Of a stretch of DNA of 64,000 bases, positions 25,676 through 36,047 are shown one piece after another (positions within the stretch are counted from its first letter, which is position 1; every line of letters starts with the position of its first letter). Both the position numbers and the translations under genes were made by a program. Source of the DNA: Candidatus Zixiibacteriota bacterium (GTDB lineage Bacteria; RBG-13-66-14; B26-G2; WVWN01); contig JAUWLW010000007.1 in assembly GCA_030613505.1 (NCBI GenBank), positions 6,360-70,359 of the forward strand. The letters run 5' to 3'. The notes below the pieces were generated by a model. The model saw only the letters and a list, made by a program, of their open reading frames with translations, searched no databases and had not been told where the DNA came from.

Positions 25676-27646
25676 ATGTTGCGAAAATTGCAGGCTGTCG
25701 CCGCGGCGGTAGTCGTCACCGCGAGCGTGTTAGCGTCGGTGGCCGCGTTTTTCTACTATCACCAGAATCGCCTCGACATATTAACGGTTATCGCTAACGA
25801 GGTCGTGCACGTTTTCCTCTTCTTCGCGCTGGCATGGGCGGCGTATTTCGTGGGTCGGCTTGTCTACCGCTCAGTCTTTCGCCAACGCCAACCGTATTGG
25901 GAAATCCAGCTCGCGCTGGGTTTTATAATATTCGGCTTGGCCGCTTTCGCCTTAGCCGCCGTCCATTTGCTATACCCTTGGGTCGTCCGTGGCATCGTTC
26001 TAGTCATACTCGGGTTATCGGCCCCCCTCTTTTGGCGTTACGTTAACGAATTCGGAAATTTTTTAAAGGACCGATTGTCGTCTTTAACCCTCGGGCCGCT
26101 CGTCGTCGCGGCCGCCGTAGCGCCGCTTGTCGCCGCAGCCCTTATACGCGTCGGCCTGCCGCCGTTCGAGTGGGACTCCCTCGTCTACCATATCTACGTT
26201 CCTAAAATTTACGCCGCGGCTCACGGCTTCGTGTACTTACCGCGTCTAGCGTATTCGTCCATGCCGTTGGGCCCGGAGATGATGTTCACGTGGGCGTACG
26301 TATGGGACGGCGTCGGCTGCGCCGCCGCGGTGGCGCCGTTGATAAATTTCTTAATGGTCGTCGTGACTTGGCGGTTGGCGCGGCGGTATGTGGACAACCT
26401 ATGGGCCACGGCCGCGGCCGCCTTTCTCTTTATTACCCCCTCTTTTTTAGTTTATTTCTCCTCGGCGTACGTGGATATGATATTGGGCGCTTTTGCGTTA
26501 ATGTCGTTCTTTATTTATTTACGGGGGTTTAGAAGTTATGGCGAAGCGGCGCTCGCGGGCGTCCTCTTGGGCGCCGCGTTGGGCGTAAAATATACCGGCG
26601 TGTACGCGTTGATCGGCTTGGCCCCCATTTTAATTACCGATTTATTCCGTCGTCGCGCTTCTCTCCGCCACGTGGCCGTATTTCTCACCGTGGCCTTTTT
26701 TACGGTATTACCCTGGTTGGGGAAAGCGTTCGTAGAACGGGGAAACCCGGTATTCCCATCGCTTTACAATATTTTCGGCGGCCGGGACTTATCGCCCGTA
26801 GCCGCGGAAAAAGTCTTGGTATGGCAAAAATCGATAGGAATGGGGCGCGACCCCATAGATTACGTACTTTTACCGTACCGCGTATCTTTCCAAGCTGACT
26901 CCGGCTACGAAAAGTTCGACGGCTTTCTGTTGCCCTTTAGCCTTGTCGGCGTATTGCTATCCTTAATTTGGTTCCGGCGGTGGCGGTTGATAACGTACAC
27001 GGCTTTTTACTTCGTCGCGTGGGCGTTTTTAGCGTCTCAACAATTAAGGTTTTTAAGCGCGGCCTTCGCGACGTCCACGATTTTAACCGTGGGAGTTTTC
27101 GCACATATAACGGCGTCTTTTAGAAGCTCGGTGCGTTCGGCGTTGACGTTTATTTTGGTCGGTTCGGGAATAACCTTCGGATACGCCGTCACGGCGTTTG
27201 GGGTCTGTTACTACGTCCCTGACGCGTTGAAATATCTCATGAGCCGCGACGTCGACAGTTATTTATTACGAACAGTACCCGTATATCCCGCAGACAAATT
27301 CGTGAACGAAAATTTACCCGAGGACGCCGTAATTTTGATGATTTTTAACGACCATTTGCTATACTTGGAAAGAAAGGCTATATACGACTCGTTTTTCGAG
27401 GCGTCTGAAACGTTGATCCACGTAGCGACGCTAAACACGCCGTCAGAGGTCGCGGATTACGTCGACGAGCTGGGGGCAACGCACATTTTCACGGGCCAAT
27501 TCGCCACGAGCTATTTCTGGAGTCATTACGATCCCGCAACGCGTGTCCTTTGGCAAGCGTACCTCAATGGGTATACCGACGTGATTTACGACGACGGCGA
27601 AATCGAGATTCGTGTCATAAAGAACCGCGCGGCGACTCGTTTTTAA
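25676..27646 (+). CDS. GT-C-like membrane protein, tandem paralog of 23534..25483
   Basis: 656 aa, collinear with the upstream paralog (YHIYVPKIYAAAHGFVYLPRLAYSSMPLGPEMMFTWAY). A possible -10 TATAAT lies at 25619-25624. Confidence 0.75.
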   Translation: MLRKLQAVAAAVVVTASVLASVAAFFYYHQNRLDILTVIANEVVHVFLFFALAWAAYFVGRLVYRSVFRQRQPYWEIQLALGFIIFGLAAFALAAVHLLYPWVVRGIVLVILGLSAPLFWRYVNEFGNFLKDRLSSLTLGPLVVAAAVAPLVAAALIRVGLPPFEWDSLVYHIYVPKIYAAAHGFVYLPRLAYSSMPLGPEMMFTWAYVWDGVGCAAAVAPLINFLMVVVTWRLARRYVDNLWATAAAAFLFITPSFLVYFSSAYVDMILGAFALMSFFIYLRGFRSYGEAALAGVLLGAALGVKYTGVYALIGLAPILITDLFRRRASLRHVAVFLTVAFFTVLPWLGKAFVERGNPVFPSLYNIFGGRDLSPVAAEKVLVWQKSIGMGRDPIDYVLLPYRVSFQADSGYEKFDGFLLPFSLVGVLLSLIWFRRWRLITYTAFYFVAWAFLASQQLRFLSAAFATSTILTVGVFAHITASFRSSVRSALTFILVGSGITFGYAVTAFGVCYYVPDALKYLMSRDVDSYLLRTVPVYPADKFVNENLPEDAVILMIFNDHLLYLERKAIYDSFFEASETLIHVATLNTPSEVADYVDELGATHIFTGQFATSYFWSHYDPATRVLWQAYLNGYTDVIYDDGEIEIRVIKNRAATRF

Positions 27647-27686
27647 GCGTCGAGTTGCCGCGACGTCGAGTTCATAAGACCCATAT

Positions 27687-29022
27687 AATGAATAGGTTAA
27701 ACAAAGGATTTTTAAGTATATTGTTATTATCCTCTGGCGGGTTTTTACTTATGAACCCGGGTACCGGCCTTTGTGACGAAAAAACAGCGGTTGGAATAGA
27801 ACCGGTGGAAACGGATGAACGCGGAGCTAAAATAAAAGAAGGGGCCGAGGAACCTTATCACGTCGAAGCGGACGTCACGGAAGGTTATTATACCGCCGGC
27901 GATCAGGTCCTGCACGGCATCGGCAACGTCGTTATAGTACACGCCGGGACCACTATTACCTGCGACGAGGCATATTCGTACGAAGCGGATAAATTGGCGA
28001 CGCTTCTCGGCAACGTGACGGTAAAGAACGACGTAAAGAAATATACGTTAACCTCCGGATACGCCGAATATCGGCGCGACGATAAGCTCTCGGTGGCTAC
28101 CAAGAGCCCCAGGCTGGTCATAGAACGAGACCGGCCCATAACGATAACCGCGGATATAATGCGGATGTGGACGGACGAGGATTACAGCGAAGCCGCCGGC
28201 GACGTTAAAATAGTTTCTGAAGATGTGGAAGGTTACGGCCAGAAATTAAAATACTTTGGTAAAGAGGATAGGGTAGAATTGAGCGGAAAGCCGGTGGTAC
28301 GCCAGAAGGATAGCCGCCTGGCGGGCGACGTAATAACGCTTTTCCTCGCGGAGGAGAAGTTGCGCCGCGCCGTCGCCGAAGGCTCCGCCCGTATTTTATA
28401 TTTCTCCCGAAACGAAGAGAAAGAGGAAGAAGAAGGGACTGAGGAGGAAGCGGCTGGAGAACAAGGAGAAAGCGGGACGCCGGAACCGGCTGCGACCGCC
28501 GCCGAATCGAGTGAGGGGGCGCCGCCGACCGTCGCGACGGCCGAAGGCGAAGCGGGCGCGAGCACGGTTCCTACGGAAAAGACTGGGGTAGGCGCAGACG
28601 AAGAAGGAGAAGAACCCCCTTCCGGGCGGGTGGAGGCCGCCGGCCGGAGGATAGAAGGTTACTTCACGGACGGCATTCTCGAGCAGGTGGACATCGTCGG
28701 CGACGCAGAAGGCCACTATTGGCCTTTTGACGAGTTCGGCCGTGAGACAGGCGAACAGGTGGACGCTGTCGGCGACCTAATCCGAATAAAGATGGACGAC
28801 GGCGAGGTCAAGAAAATTATCGTGGAAGGCAACGCGGAAGGCGTATACCGACCGGCTAAAGCCGAGGGGAGAAGCGGCGTGACGCAAATGGCGGGCGACC
28901 GGATCTCGGTCTTCGTTACGGAGCGCGAAGTACGGCGCATCGTCGTCTTCGGCCGCGCCCGAGGTTCGTACTTTACGGAGGAAACGCCCGCCGCCAAAGA
29001 ACGCGAGGTTTCCGGTGGCTAG
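27687..29022 (+). CDS. LptA/OstA-family periplasmic LPS-transport-like protein, unusually long with an acidic low-complexity linker
   Basis: Start at [22 protein letters not shown] (signal peptide); the track ORF start at 27550 is probably too early. OstA-like segments ([23 protein letters not shown]...). An [21 protein letters not shown] linker. A second OstA-like region. It lies directly upstream of lptB. Confidence 0.6.
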
Positions 29023-29812
29023 GGTCGCAACCGAAGATGGAATCAGGGAGGTTATTTCACCGTCGCGGGCGGCCGAAGCGAAAAAGGCCGACGCGGTTCT
29101 GAGGACCGACGACCTCGTAAAGATCTACTCCGGGCGGCGCGTGGTGGACCATGTATCAATCGACGTAAAACCGGGCGAGATCGTGGGTCTTTTGGGCCCA
29201 AACGGCGCCGGGAAGACGACTACGTTCTACATGATCGTCGGCCTCATTAAACCCAACGCCGGCAGGATATTTCTCGGCCCGAAAGAATTAACCAATTTGC
29301 CGATGTACAAACGAGCGCGGCGGGGCGTGGGTTATTTATCGCAAGAAGCGTCGATATTTAGAAAATTAAACGTCGAGGAAAACATCCTCGCCGTGCTGGA
29401 GGTCATGCATTGGAACGCTCGCGAGCGCAAACGGCGCGCTTTGGAATTGCTCAGCGTTATGGGCGTAGACCACCTGTCAAAAGCGAAAGCTTATACGCTT
29501 TCGGGCGGCGAACGCCGGCGAGTGGAAATCGCGCGTGCCCTCGCGTCGGAACCGTTGTACCTCTTGCTGGACGAACCGTTCGCCGGCATTGACCCTCTGG
29601 CCGTCGAAGACATCCAAAACATCGTTTTACAGTTGCAGAAGGCGGGGCTGGGGATCCTAATTACGGACCACAACGTCCGCGAAACCCTCGAGATAACGCA
29701 CCGCGCTTATATAATGTTCGAAGGCCAAATACTGATATCGGGCGACGCCGAAAAACTTATCAACGACCCGGAAGCTCGCAAGATTTACCTGGGCGAAAGG
29801 TTCCGTATGTAA
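29015..29812 (+). CDS. lptB: LPS export ABC transporter ATP-binding protein
   Basis: Walker [25 protein letters not shown] signature, and [14 protein letters not shown] start overlapping the upstream stop by 8 nt. Classic position upstream of rpoN. Confidence 0.9.
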   Translation: MARVATEDGIREVISPSRAAEAKKADAVLRTDDLVKIYSGRRVVDHVSIDVKPGEIVGLLGPNGAGKTTTFYMIVGLIKPNAGRIFLGPKELTNLPMYKRARRGVGYLSQEASIFRKLNVEENILAVLEVMHWNARERKRRALELLSVMGVDHLSKAKAYTLSGGERRRVEIARALASEPLYLLLDEPFAGIDPLAVEDIQNIVLQLQKAGLGILITDHNVRETLEITHRAYIMFEGQILISGDAEKLINDPEARKIYLGERFRM

Positions 29813-29836
29813 CGGCCCGGACGCTAAGCTGCCGAC

Positions 29837-31210
29837 ATGAAAATTATCCAGAGACTGGAACAACGCCAAATAATATCGCAACGACTCCAGCAGTCGCTCC
29901 GCCTCCTCACGTTGAACAATCTGGAAATAGAGGATGCCATCGAAGAAGAATTGGAAACCAACCCGGTCTTGGAATGGGAACCGAGCCTCTCCGTCGGCGA
30001 GAGCGTTCGACCTTCTCTTGCTGAGCGCGTAGAGAATATCGACTGGCAGGATTACTTCGAAAACGCGTCGCGGGGTGGATATTTTGCCGAGAGCGAAGAT
30101 GAGTTCGACCAATTCGCGTCGGCCCCCGGCACGCCCGTTACGTTGGCCGAGTATCTCATGCTTCAACTCGAAGTCTCGGGCGTCACCGATTCGGACTTCG
30201 AACTGGCGGCGGGCATTATTTCGGCGCTCGACCTCGACGGATATTTACGCGTTCCAGTAGCGTCCGTCGCCGAGGAGATGGGTGTAGAGCCGAGCGAAGC
30301 AGCGCGTGTTTTAATCAAAATCGTCCAGAACCTCGAACCCCGCGGGGTGGGCGCGCGCGATCTTAGAGAAGCGCTATTCTTACAATACCAAGAGGTTAGC
30401 GACGAGGCGCCGCCGCTGGCAGGCGTAATAATCGACAAATATTTAGAACAAACCGTAACCAAATCACCGTCGGAGCTAGCGGCCAAATTTAAGGTATCAC
30501 AGCCGGAAGTGGAAGAAGCGATCGATTTCATAAAAAGCCTCGAGCCTCGCCCGGGCAGGGCTTTCGGCGGCGAGACAAACCCGTCCCTAATTCCCGACGT
30601 TCGCATCGAGCTTGTCGCGGGAAACGTCGAAATTACGCTGTTGGACGACAGGGTCGGGCGCCTATACATAAGCCCACGCTACCGCGCGTTGCTGGCCGGC
30701 GACGGCGACCCGGACCAGGAAACCGTTCGCTTTTTAAAAAACCGTTTGACGGCCGCGGCGTCGTTCATCCGCGCCATCCACCAGCGACGCCGCACCCTTG
30801 AGCGGGTGGTCGCCGCTATATTTAAACGCCAACGCGAGTTCCTCGTCGTCGGCGAGCCCGGCCTTAAACCCCTTACGATGGAGGAAATAGCGGAACAAGT
30901 CGGTTTCCACGTCTCTACGGTCTCCCGGGCCGTCGCGCGAAAAGTGGCGGATACGCCCCCGGGCGTTTATCTCTTGAAGTACTTCTTTACGGGACGTGTT
31001 CAGGCGGCCGAAGGGCCGGTATCGGTGAAACGCGTCAAAGCCGTACTGGAAGATATTATCGAGGACGAGAATAAAAACACGCCGCTGTCGGACGAAGAAT
31101 TGGCCGCGGAGCTATCCGAACGCGGCATACGCGTTGCGAGGCGGACGGTCGCGAAGTATCGCCGAGAGCTTAAAATCCCCGGAAAATATGGTAGGATGCA
31201 GAGAGTGTGA
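29837..31210 (+). CDS. rpoN: RNA polymerase sigma-54 factor
   Basis: 457 aa; the N-terminal Gln/Leu-rich region I and the C-terminal RpoN box ARRTVAKYRRELKIP. Confidence 0.9.
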   Translation: MKIIQRLEQRQIISQRLQQSLRLLTLNNLEIEDAIEEELETNPVLEWEPSLSVGESVRPSLAERVENIDWQDYFENASRGGYFAESEDEFDQFASAPGTPVTLAEYLMLQLEVSGVTDSDFELAAGIISALDLDGYLRVPVASVAEEMGVEPSEAARVLIKIVQNLEPRGVGARDLREALFLQYQEVSDEAPPLAGVIIDKYLEQTVTKSPSELAAKFKVSQPEVEEAIDFIKSLEPRPGRAFGGETNPSLIPDVRIELVAGNVEITLLDDRVGRLYISPRYRALLAGDGDPDQETVRFLKNRLTAAASFIRAIHQRRRTLERVVAAIFKRQREFLVVGEPGLKPLTMEEIAEQVGFHVSTVSRAVARKVADTPPGVYLLKYFFTGRVQAAEGPVSVKRVKAVLEDIIEDENKNTPLSDEELAAELSERGIRVARRTVAKYRRELKIPGKYGRMQRV

Positions 31211-32531
31211 CGTAGCCATTGTGGGCGGCGGCCCGGCGGGTTACCCGGCCGCGGTACGTGCCGCCCGGCTCGGCGCCGACGTCGTTTTAGTGGAGACGGG
31301 TCGTTTGGGCGGGACTTGCCTTAACGTCGGCTGTATTCCAACGAAGTTTTATTGCCGGCGCAGCGCTACCGATACCCGTCCCTGGCGCGACGTCGTCGCC
31401 GATAAGGACAAACTGGTCGACGAGCTCGTCGCGGGAATTGAATTCCTGTTCGCAAAGCGCGGCGTAGAGTTCGTACGTGGGCGGGGTCGTCTGGCCGGCG
31501 ACGGCGAGGTTGCCGTCGACGGCGACGCGAATTTCGTAATAAAAGCGCGGAAAGGGATATTGTACGCGCCCGGTTCCGTGACGCTGTCTCTTCCGGTGAT
31601 GCCGGTCGACCACCGGCTCGTCCTGGAGAGCGACGACCTTGTCGATTCGCCGCTCGATTTTAAAAGCCTCGTAGTCGTAGGCGGCGGCGCCATAGGGCTC
31701 GAGTGGGCTACTATATGCCGACGGCGCGGCGTCGAAGTGACCGTGGTAGAGATGATGCCTCAGGTTCTACCGGGGCTCGACGCGGACGTCGCGCGGCGCC
31801 TTGCCGGCCTTATGAAACGCGCAGGCGTCAAGATAATGTTGGACGCCAAAGTAGAGAAGCTGGAAAAGCGCGGCGACGGCGTCGCCGTCTGCCTATCGGA
31901 CGGCCGGGTGCTGGAGGCGGAAAGGGCGCTGTTCGCCGTGGGCCGGCAGGCGAATATCGACGAAGAGGAACTTCGGTCGGTAGGCGTAGAGAGCGACTGT
32001 CGCCGCATCAAAACGACACCGGCGATGGCGACCACGGCCGAAGGCATCTGGGCCGCGGGCGACGCCGCCGGCGTCGGGCCGATGTTGGCGCACGTCGCCA
32101 CTCGGCAAGGCTTAGCGGCGGTGGAGAATATGCTGGGCGGCCACAAAGAGATGGACTACGACCGCGTACCTTGGGCCGTCTTCTCGGACCCGGAGGCGGC
32201 GGGCGTGGGTTTGAACGCGAACCACGCCCGGGAACGCGGCATCGCCGCGCGGGAGGGGAAGGCCGACTACCGGGCGTTGGGGCGCCCGCGCGCCGACGGT
32301 TTCGTCGACGGCTTTTTTAAAATCCTGGCGGTGGAAGAGGACGGTAAGATATTGGGCGCCCACGCCGTCGGCCACGACGCCGCGGAAATCGTCCAAATCG
32401 TGTCCGCGGCTATGGCGTGCAACGCGAGCGTGACTGAGCTTGGTGAATTCATAGCCATACACCCAACGTACGCCGAGCTGGTCGCGGAAGCCTTGGAGGA
32501 CTGGCAGGGCTTGGCGACGCATAAGCCTTAA
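31188..32531 (+). CDS. lpd: Dihydrolipoyl dehydrogenase
   Basis: Redox-active disulfide motif GGTCLNVGCIPTK, an FAD-binding GGGPAGY, and NAD-binding GGGAIGLE. Start at MVGCRECDVAIVGGG (overlaps the rpoN end by 23 nt; the track ORF starts at 31134). Confidence 0.85.
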   Translation: MVGCRECDVAIVGGGPAGYPAAVRAARLGADVVLVETGRLGGTCLNVGCIPTKFYCRRSATDTRPWRDVVADKDKLVDELVAGIEFLFAKRGVEFVRGRGRLAGDGEVAVDGDANFVIKARKGILYAPGSVTLSLPVMPVDHRLVLESDDLVDSPLDFKSLVVVGGGAIGLEWATICRRRGVEVTVVEMMPQVLPGLDADVARRLAGLMKRAGVKIMLDAKVEKLEKRGDGVAVCLSDGRVLEAERALFAVGRQANIDEEELRSVGVESDCRRIKTTPAMATTAEGIWAAGDAAGVGPMLAHVATRQGLAAVENMLGGHKEMDYDRVPWAVFSDPEAAGVGLNANHARERGIAAREGKADYRALGRPRADGFVDGFFKILAVEEDGKILGAHAVGHDAAEIVQIVSAAMACNASVTELGEFIAIHPTYAELVAEALEDWQGLATHKP

Positions 32532-32534
32532 ACT

Positions 32535-33419
32535 TTGCGAACGTACGAGAGCGAACGTATTCCCGCGTGGTTGCGACGGCCCGTAACCGACCGCGTCGGC
32601 CGGGGGCCCGCGCGCCGCGCCGTTGCGGAGGTGAACACCGTATGCCAGGAAGCCCGGTGTCCGAACCGCGGCCGGTGTATGGGGGAGGATAGAACGGCTG
32701 CTTTTCTGCTAATGGGGCCCGGTTGTTCGCGCGATTGCCGGTTTTGCTCGGTGTCGCACGGCCCTAAATTCCTTGACCCGGGGGAGCCGGAGAAAGTCGC
32801 CCGGGCCGCGGCCGCACTCGAGCTGGAGTACGTCGTCCTCACCTCCACTACCCGCGACGACCTGGCCGACGGCGGCGCGGACCACGTAACCGCGACCGTC
32901 GAAGCCGTCCGCGCTACGGTGGCCGACGCCGACGTCGAAGTATTGGCGCCGGACTTCGCGGGGACTCGCCGCTCCGTAAACCGGGTGGCGTCGGCGCCGA
33001 TAGCGGTGTTCGGCCACAACGTCGAGACCGTACCGCGTTTGTACGGCGGCGTTCGGCCGGGAGCCGAATACAAACGGTCGCTAAACGTATTAGCGTGGGC
33101 GGCGGAAGCCGGCGCGTTGACGAAGTCGGCCTTGCTAGTAGGTCTGGGCGAAGAGAAGGATGAAGTTTGCGCCGTTTTACGGGATTTACGGTCGGTCGGC
33201 GTTTCGATCGTCGCGATAGGGCAGTACTTCAGGCCGACCACGCGCCAACTAGCGGTAGCTCGCTTCTGGGGACCTCGAGCTTTCGAGGAACTCGAGGCGA
33301 CGGCACGCACGATGGGCTTCTTGGACGCGGCTTGCGCTCCGTACGTTCGTTCCTCGTACCAGGCCGGTAGCATATATCGCCGCGTAAACGGCGCCCGCCC
33401 GAAATCCGCCGCCGCTTGA
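32535..33419 (+). CDS. lipA: Lipoyl synthase
   Basis: Auxiliary-cluster motif CQEARCPNRGRC and radical-SAM cluster motif CSRDCRFC. Confidence 0.9.
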   Translation: MRTYESERIPAWLRRPVTDRVGRGPARRAVAEVNTVCQEARCPNRGRCMGEDRTAAFLLMGPGCSRDCRFCSVSHGPKFLDPGEPEKVARAAAALELEYVVLTSTTRDDLADGGADHVTATVEAVRATVADADVEVLAPDFAGTRRSVNRVASAPIAVFGHNVETVPRLYGGVRPGAEYKRSLNVLAWAAEAGALTKSALLVGLGEEKDEVCAVLRDLRSVGVSIVAIGQYFRPTTRQLAVARFWGPRAFEELEATARTMGFLDAACAPYVRSSYQAGSIYRRVNGARPKSAAA

Positions 33420-33498
33420 AAATAATACCGTGGCTATGTTAAACTAGGTTCCGGTGACGCCGATTTTTACCCTTTGCCACCGTAATATTTAGCATTAG

Positions 33499-34053
33499 AT
33501 GGAGGTCGTACACGTGGGGTTGCAGATTACCGGGAAGCGCGTCGACGTTACGGACGCGATGAAAATTTATATCGGTAAAAAGATAGGTAAAATTACGAAA
33601 AGGCTTAGGGAAGTCCAGGATGTCATCGTAACGTTGAGGATAGAGAGGTACCATCATATCGCCGAGATTACTATCGTGGCCGACTATTTGACGATAAGGG
33701 GCGAGGGCAATACCGCCGACATGTATTCGTCCATAGATATAGCTTCCAACAAGATCGAAAAACAGATAAGGAAGTACCGCAGTAGGATCCAGAGCCGCCG
33801 CGTTGCACGTCCCGAAAAAATACGCGAGGCCGTTATGACGGTATACGACCATCAGGCCATGGCGAGGGAACAGGACACGCGCGTTATCGTCAGCGTTGAT
33901 AAGATACCGGTGAAACCTATGACCGTGGAGGAAGCGGTCATGGAAATGGATCTAATGAGCCAGGATTTTTTAGTATTTAAAAACGCAGAAACGGATGAGG
34001 TAAGCGTTATCTACCACCGCCGCGACGGCAACATCGGCTTAATTGAACCTTAA
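33499..34053 (+). CDS. hpf: Ribosome hibernation-promoting factor (long form)
   Basis: 184 aa; an N-terminal RaiA/HPF fold and a C-terminal dimerisation extension. Conserved position between rpoN and ptsN. Confidence 0.85.
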   Translation: MEVVHVGLQITGKRVDVTDAMKIYIGKKIGKITKRLREVQDVIVTLRIERYHHIAEITIVADYLTIRGEGNTADMYSSIDIASNKIEKQIRKYRSRIQSRRVARPEKIREAVMTVYDHQAMAREQDTRVIVSVDKIPVKPMTVEEAVMEMDLMSQDFLVFKNAETDEVSVIYHRRDGNIGLIEP

Positions 34054-34113
34054 GGCCGGGACGCTGCCGTCGATGCGCCCTTCGGGCGTACTGAAATGTG
34101 AGGTGACTTAGCC

Positions 34114-34572
34114 GTGAAGATTTCGGATTTCGTCGATCCAAGTGGTATAAAATTGGAGATAGCAGCCCAGGATAAAGACGGTGTCCTCCGTGAGCTCGTC
34201 GCGCTAGCTGCCGAAACCGGCAAAATAAACGACGAATTAGCGATCTTGAAAGCGGTGCGGGAGAGGGAAAACCTGTGCAGTACCGGGTTTGAGAACGGCG
34301 CCGCGATACCGCACCCGCGCCAAGGCCATCCCGACGTCGTCAAAGAATTGGTCGCCGTGTTCGCCCGCTCGTCAGAGGGAATCGACTTCGAAGCGCTCGA
34401 CGAGAAGCCCGTACATTTATTCTTTCTCCTCTGCGCGCCCACTGACAGCGAACATCTCCGGGCGCTGGCTAAGCTTTCGCGCTTCCTCAAAAAGGAAGCC
34501 GTTCGCAAAAGGCTCTTGGAGGCGAAAACGCCGGACGATATATTGGCGGCAATAAAAGAGGAAGAGGTCTAA
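34114..34572 (+). CDS. ptsN: PTS EIIA-Ntr-type nitrogen regulatory protein
   Basis: 152 aa fructose/mannitol-type EIIA fold with the active-site region FENGAAIPHPR; GTG start. Confidence 0.85.
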   Translation: MKISDFVDPSGIKLEIAAQDKDGVLRELVALAAETGKINDELAILKAVRERENLCSTGFENGAAIPHPRQGHPDVVKELVAVFARSSEGIDFEALDEKPVHLFFLLCAPTDSEHLRALAKLSRFLKKEAVRKRLLEAKTPDDILAAIKEEEV

Positions 34573-34579
34573 GGTCCGG

Positions 34580-35605
34580 ATGGCGAGACGCCGGAAGGAG
34601 ATCGTCAACGTCGAAGAATTATCTCTGGGCGGCACGAAGCCGCCCGTCGGCGTAACGGTCGGCGAAATGTTCGCCGAGATGGAGGCGACCCTCAAGTTAT
34701 CCTCGGTCGAGGACAATGGCGGGTTCGACCGGCGCGTGCGCGGCACGGAAATTAACCGGCCGGGTTTGGCCATTGCGGGTTACTTCGATCGTTTTTCGCA
34801 TCGCCAGGTGCAGGTCCTCGGCATGACGGAGCTCTCGTACTTGGCCAGTATAACCGAAAGAAAACGCTCGGATATATTCAACAAAATCACGTCGTACGAC
34901 GGTTTACCTTGCTTCGTTGTCGCGCGCGGACGGAGGCCGCCGCCGGCCCTAAAAGTCTCCGCACGTAATCGGGGAATACCCGTAGCCGTGTCGGGGCGAC
35001 GCACCACTGACGTAATAGCACTCCTCTCCGACCACCTCCGCGACAAGTTCGCCCCCCGGCTGGCCTTTCACGGCGATTTGCTCGACGTCTACGGCGTCGG
35101 CGTTCTTATCCTCGGCCCCGCCGCGGTCGGTAAAAGCGAATGCGCCTTGGATCTAATCGGCCGCGGCCATCGCATCGTTGCCGACGACGTGGTGTACGTG
35201 CGACGCCGCATAACGGGAGAACTCGTCGGCGATACCAAGGAGAGTATTCGCGAACATATAGAAATACGCGGTTTAGGCGTACTGAACGTCAAGCAATTAT
35301 TCGGCATCCGTGCCGTCCGCAAGTCGAAGAACGTGGAGCTTATCGTAAAGATCGAATTGCTGGACCCCAAAGAGGATTACGACCGTACGGGGCTCGACAG
35401 GACGGTCGTCAACATCCTCGGCATTGAAGCCCCTTTCATCGTTATTCCAGTGGTACCGGGTAAAAGCATTTCGTCGCTCGTAGAAGTCGCGGCGCTGGAC
35501 TATCTATTGAAGCGTTACGGCTTCGACGCCGCCCGCGTTTTTAACGAAAAACTACGCGCCGAAATCGCCACCAACTACCAGCCGGATAAAAAAGGAAAAC
35601 CATGA
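34580..35605 (+). CDS. hprK: HPr kinase/phosphorylase
   Basis: P-loop GPAAVGKSE and a C-terminal catalytic domain with the HIEIRGLGVLNV signature. Confidence 0.9.
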   Translation: MARRRKEIVNVEELSLGGTKPPVGVTVGEMFAEMEATLKLSSVEDNGGFDRRVRGTEINRPGLAIAGYFDRFSHRQVQVLGMTELSYLASITERKRSDIFNKITSYDGLPCFVVARGRRPPPALKVSARNRGIPVAVSGRRTTDVIALLSDHLRDKFAPRLAFHGDLLDVYGVGVLILGPAAVGKSECALDLIGRGHRIVADDVVYVRRRITGELVGDTKESIREHIEIRGLGVLNVKQLFGIRAVRKSKNVELIVKIELLDPKEDYDRTGLDRTVVNILGIEAPFIVIPVVPGKSISSLVEVAALDYLLKRYGFDAARVFNEKLRAEIATNYQPDKKGKP

Positions 35606-36024
35606 CCGGAATCATAATCGTCGCCCACGGCGAGTTGGCCGGCGAGCTAGTAAATTCGGTCGCAATGATAATGGGACGCGTTCCCTTGTTGCGGGCCGTA
35701 GGTCTCGGCAGCGACCAGAGCCTGGACGACTTAAAGCGCGAAATTGAAGAGGCGTGGCAAGAGCTCGAGCGCGGAGGCGCCCGACAGATCCTGGTCTTGG
35801 TCGACATGTTCGGCGGCTCTTGCTCGAACGTAGCGGCGCGTCTCGTCTGCGACAGCGAACCGGGGCAAATCGCCGTCGTAACGGGCGTTAACCTTCCCAT
35901 GGTTTTGGAGGCGTCCATCGACCGCGACCTGTATCAATTGAAGGATTTAGTGGATAAGGTAGTGAAAGCCGGTAGGAAATCCATCGTCGACGTCCGGGCC
36001 GTTCTGGCCGAAAAACTCCGTTAA
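35602..36024 (+). CDS. PTS mannose/fructose/sorbose-family EIIA component
   Basis: MTGIIIVAHGELAGEL (active-site His10-type EIIA-Man N-terminus); 140 aa. Confidence 0.8.
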   Translation: MTGIIIVAHGELAGELVNSVAMIMGRVPLLRAVGLGSDQSLDDLKREIEEAWQELERGGARQILVLVDMFGGSCSNVAARLVCDSEPGQIAVVTGVNLPMVLEASIDRDLYQLKDLVDKVVKAGRKSIVDVRAVLAEKLR

Positions 36025-36047
36025 GTGACGTCGAGCGTCCGTTAAAG

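Noticed and set aside
32528-33373. 281-aa minus-strand ORF antisense to lipA
   Set aside because: Low-complexity Ser/Arg/Ala-rich translation fully overlapping the well-supported lipA gene; spurious.
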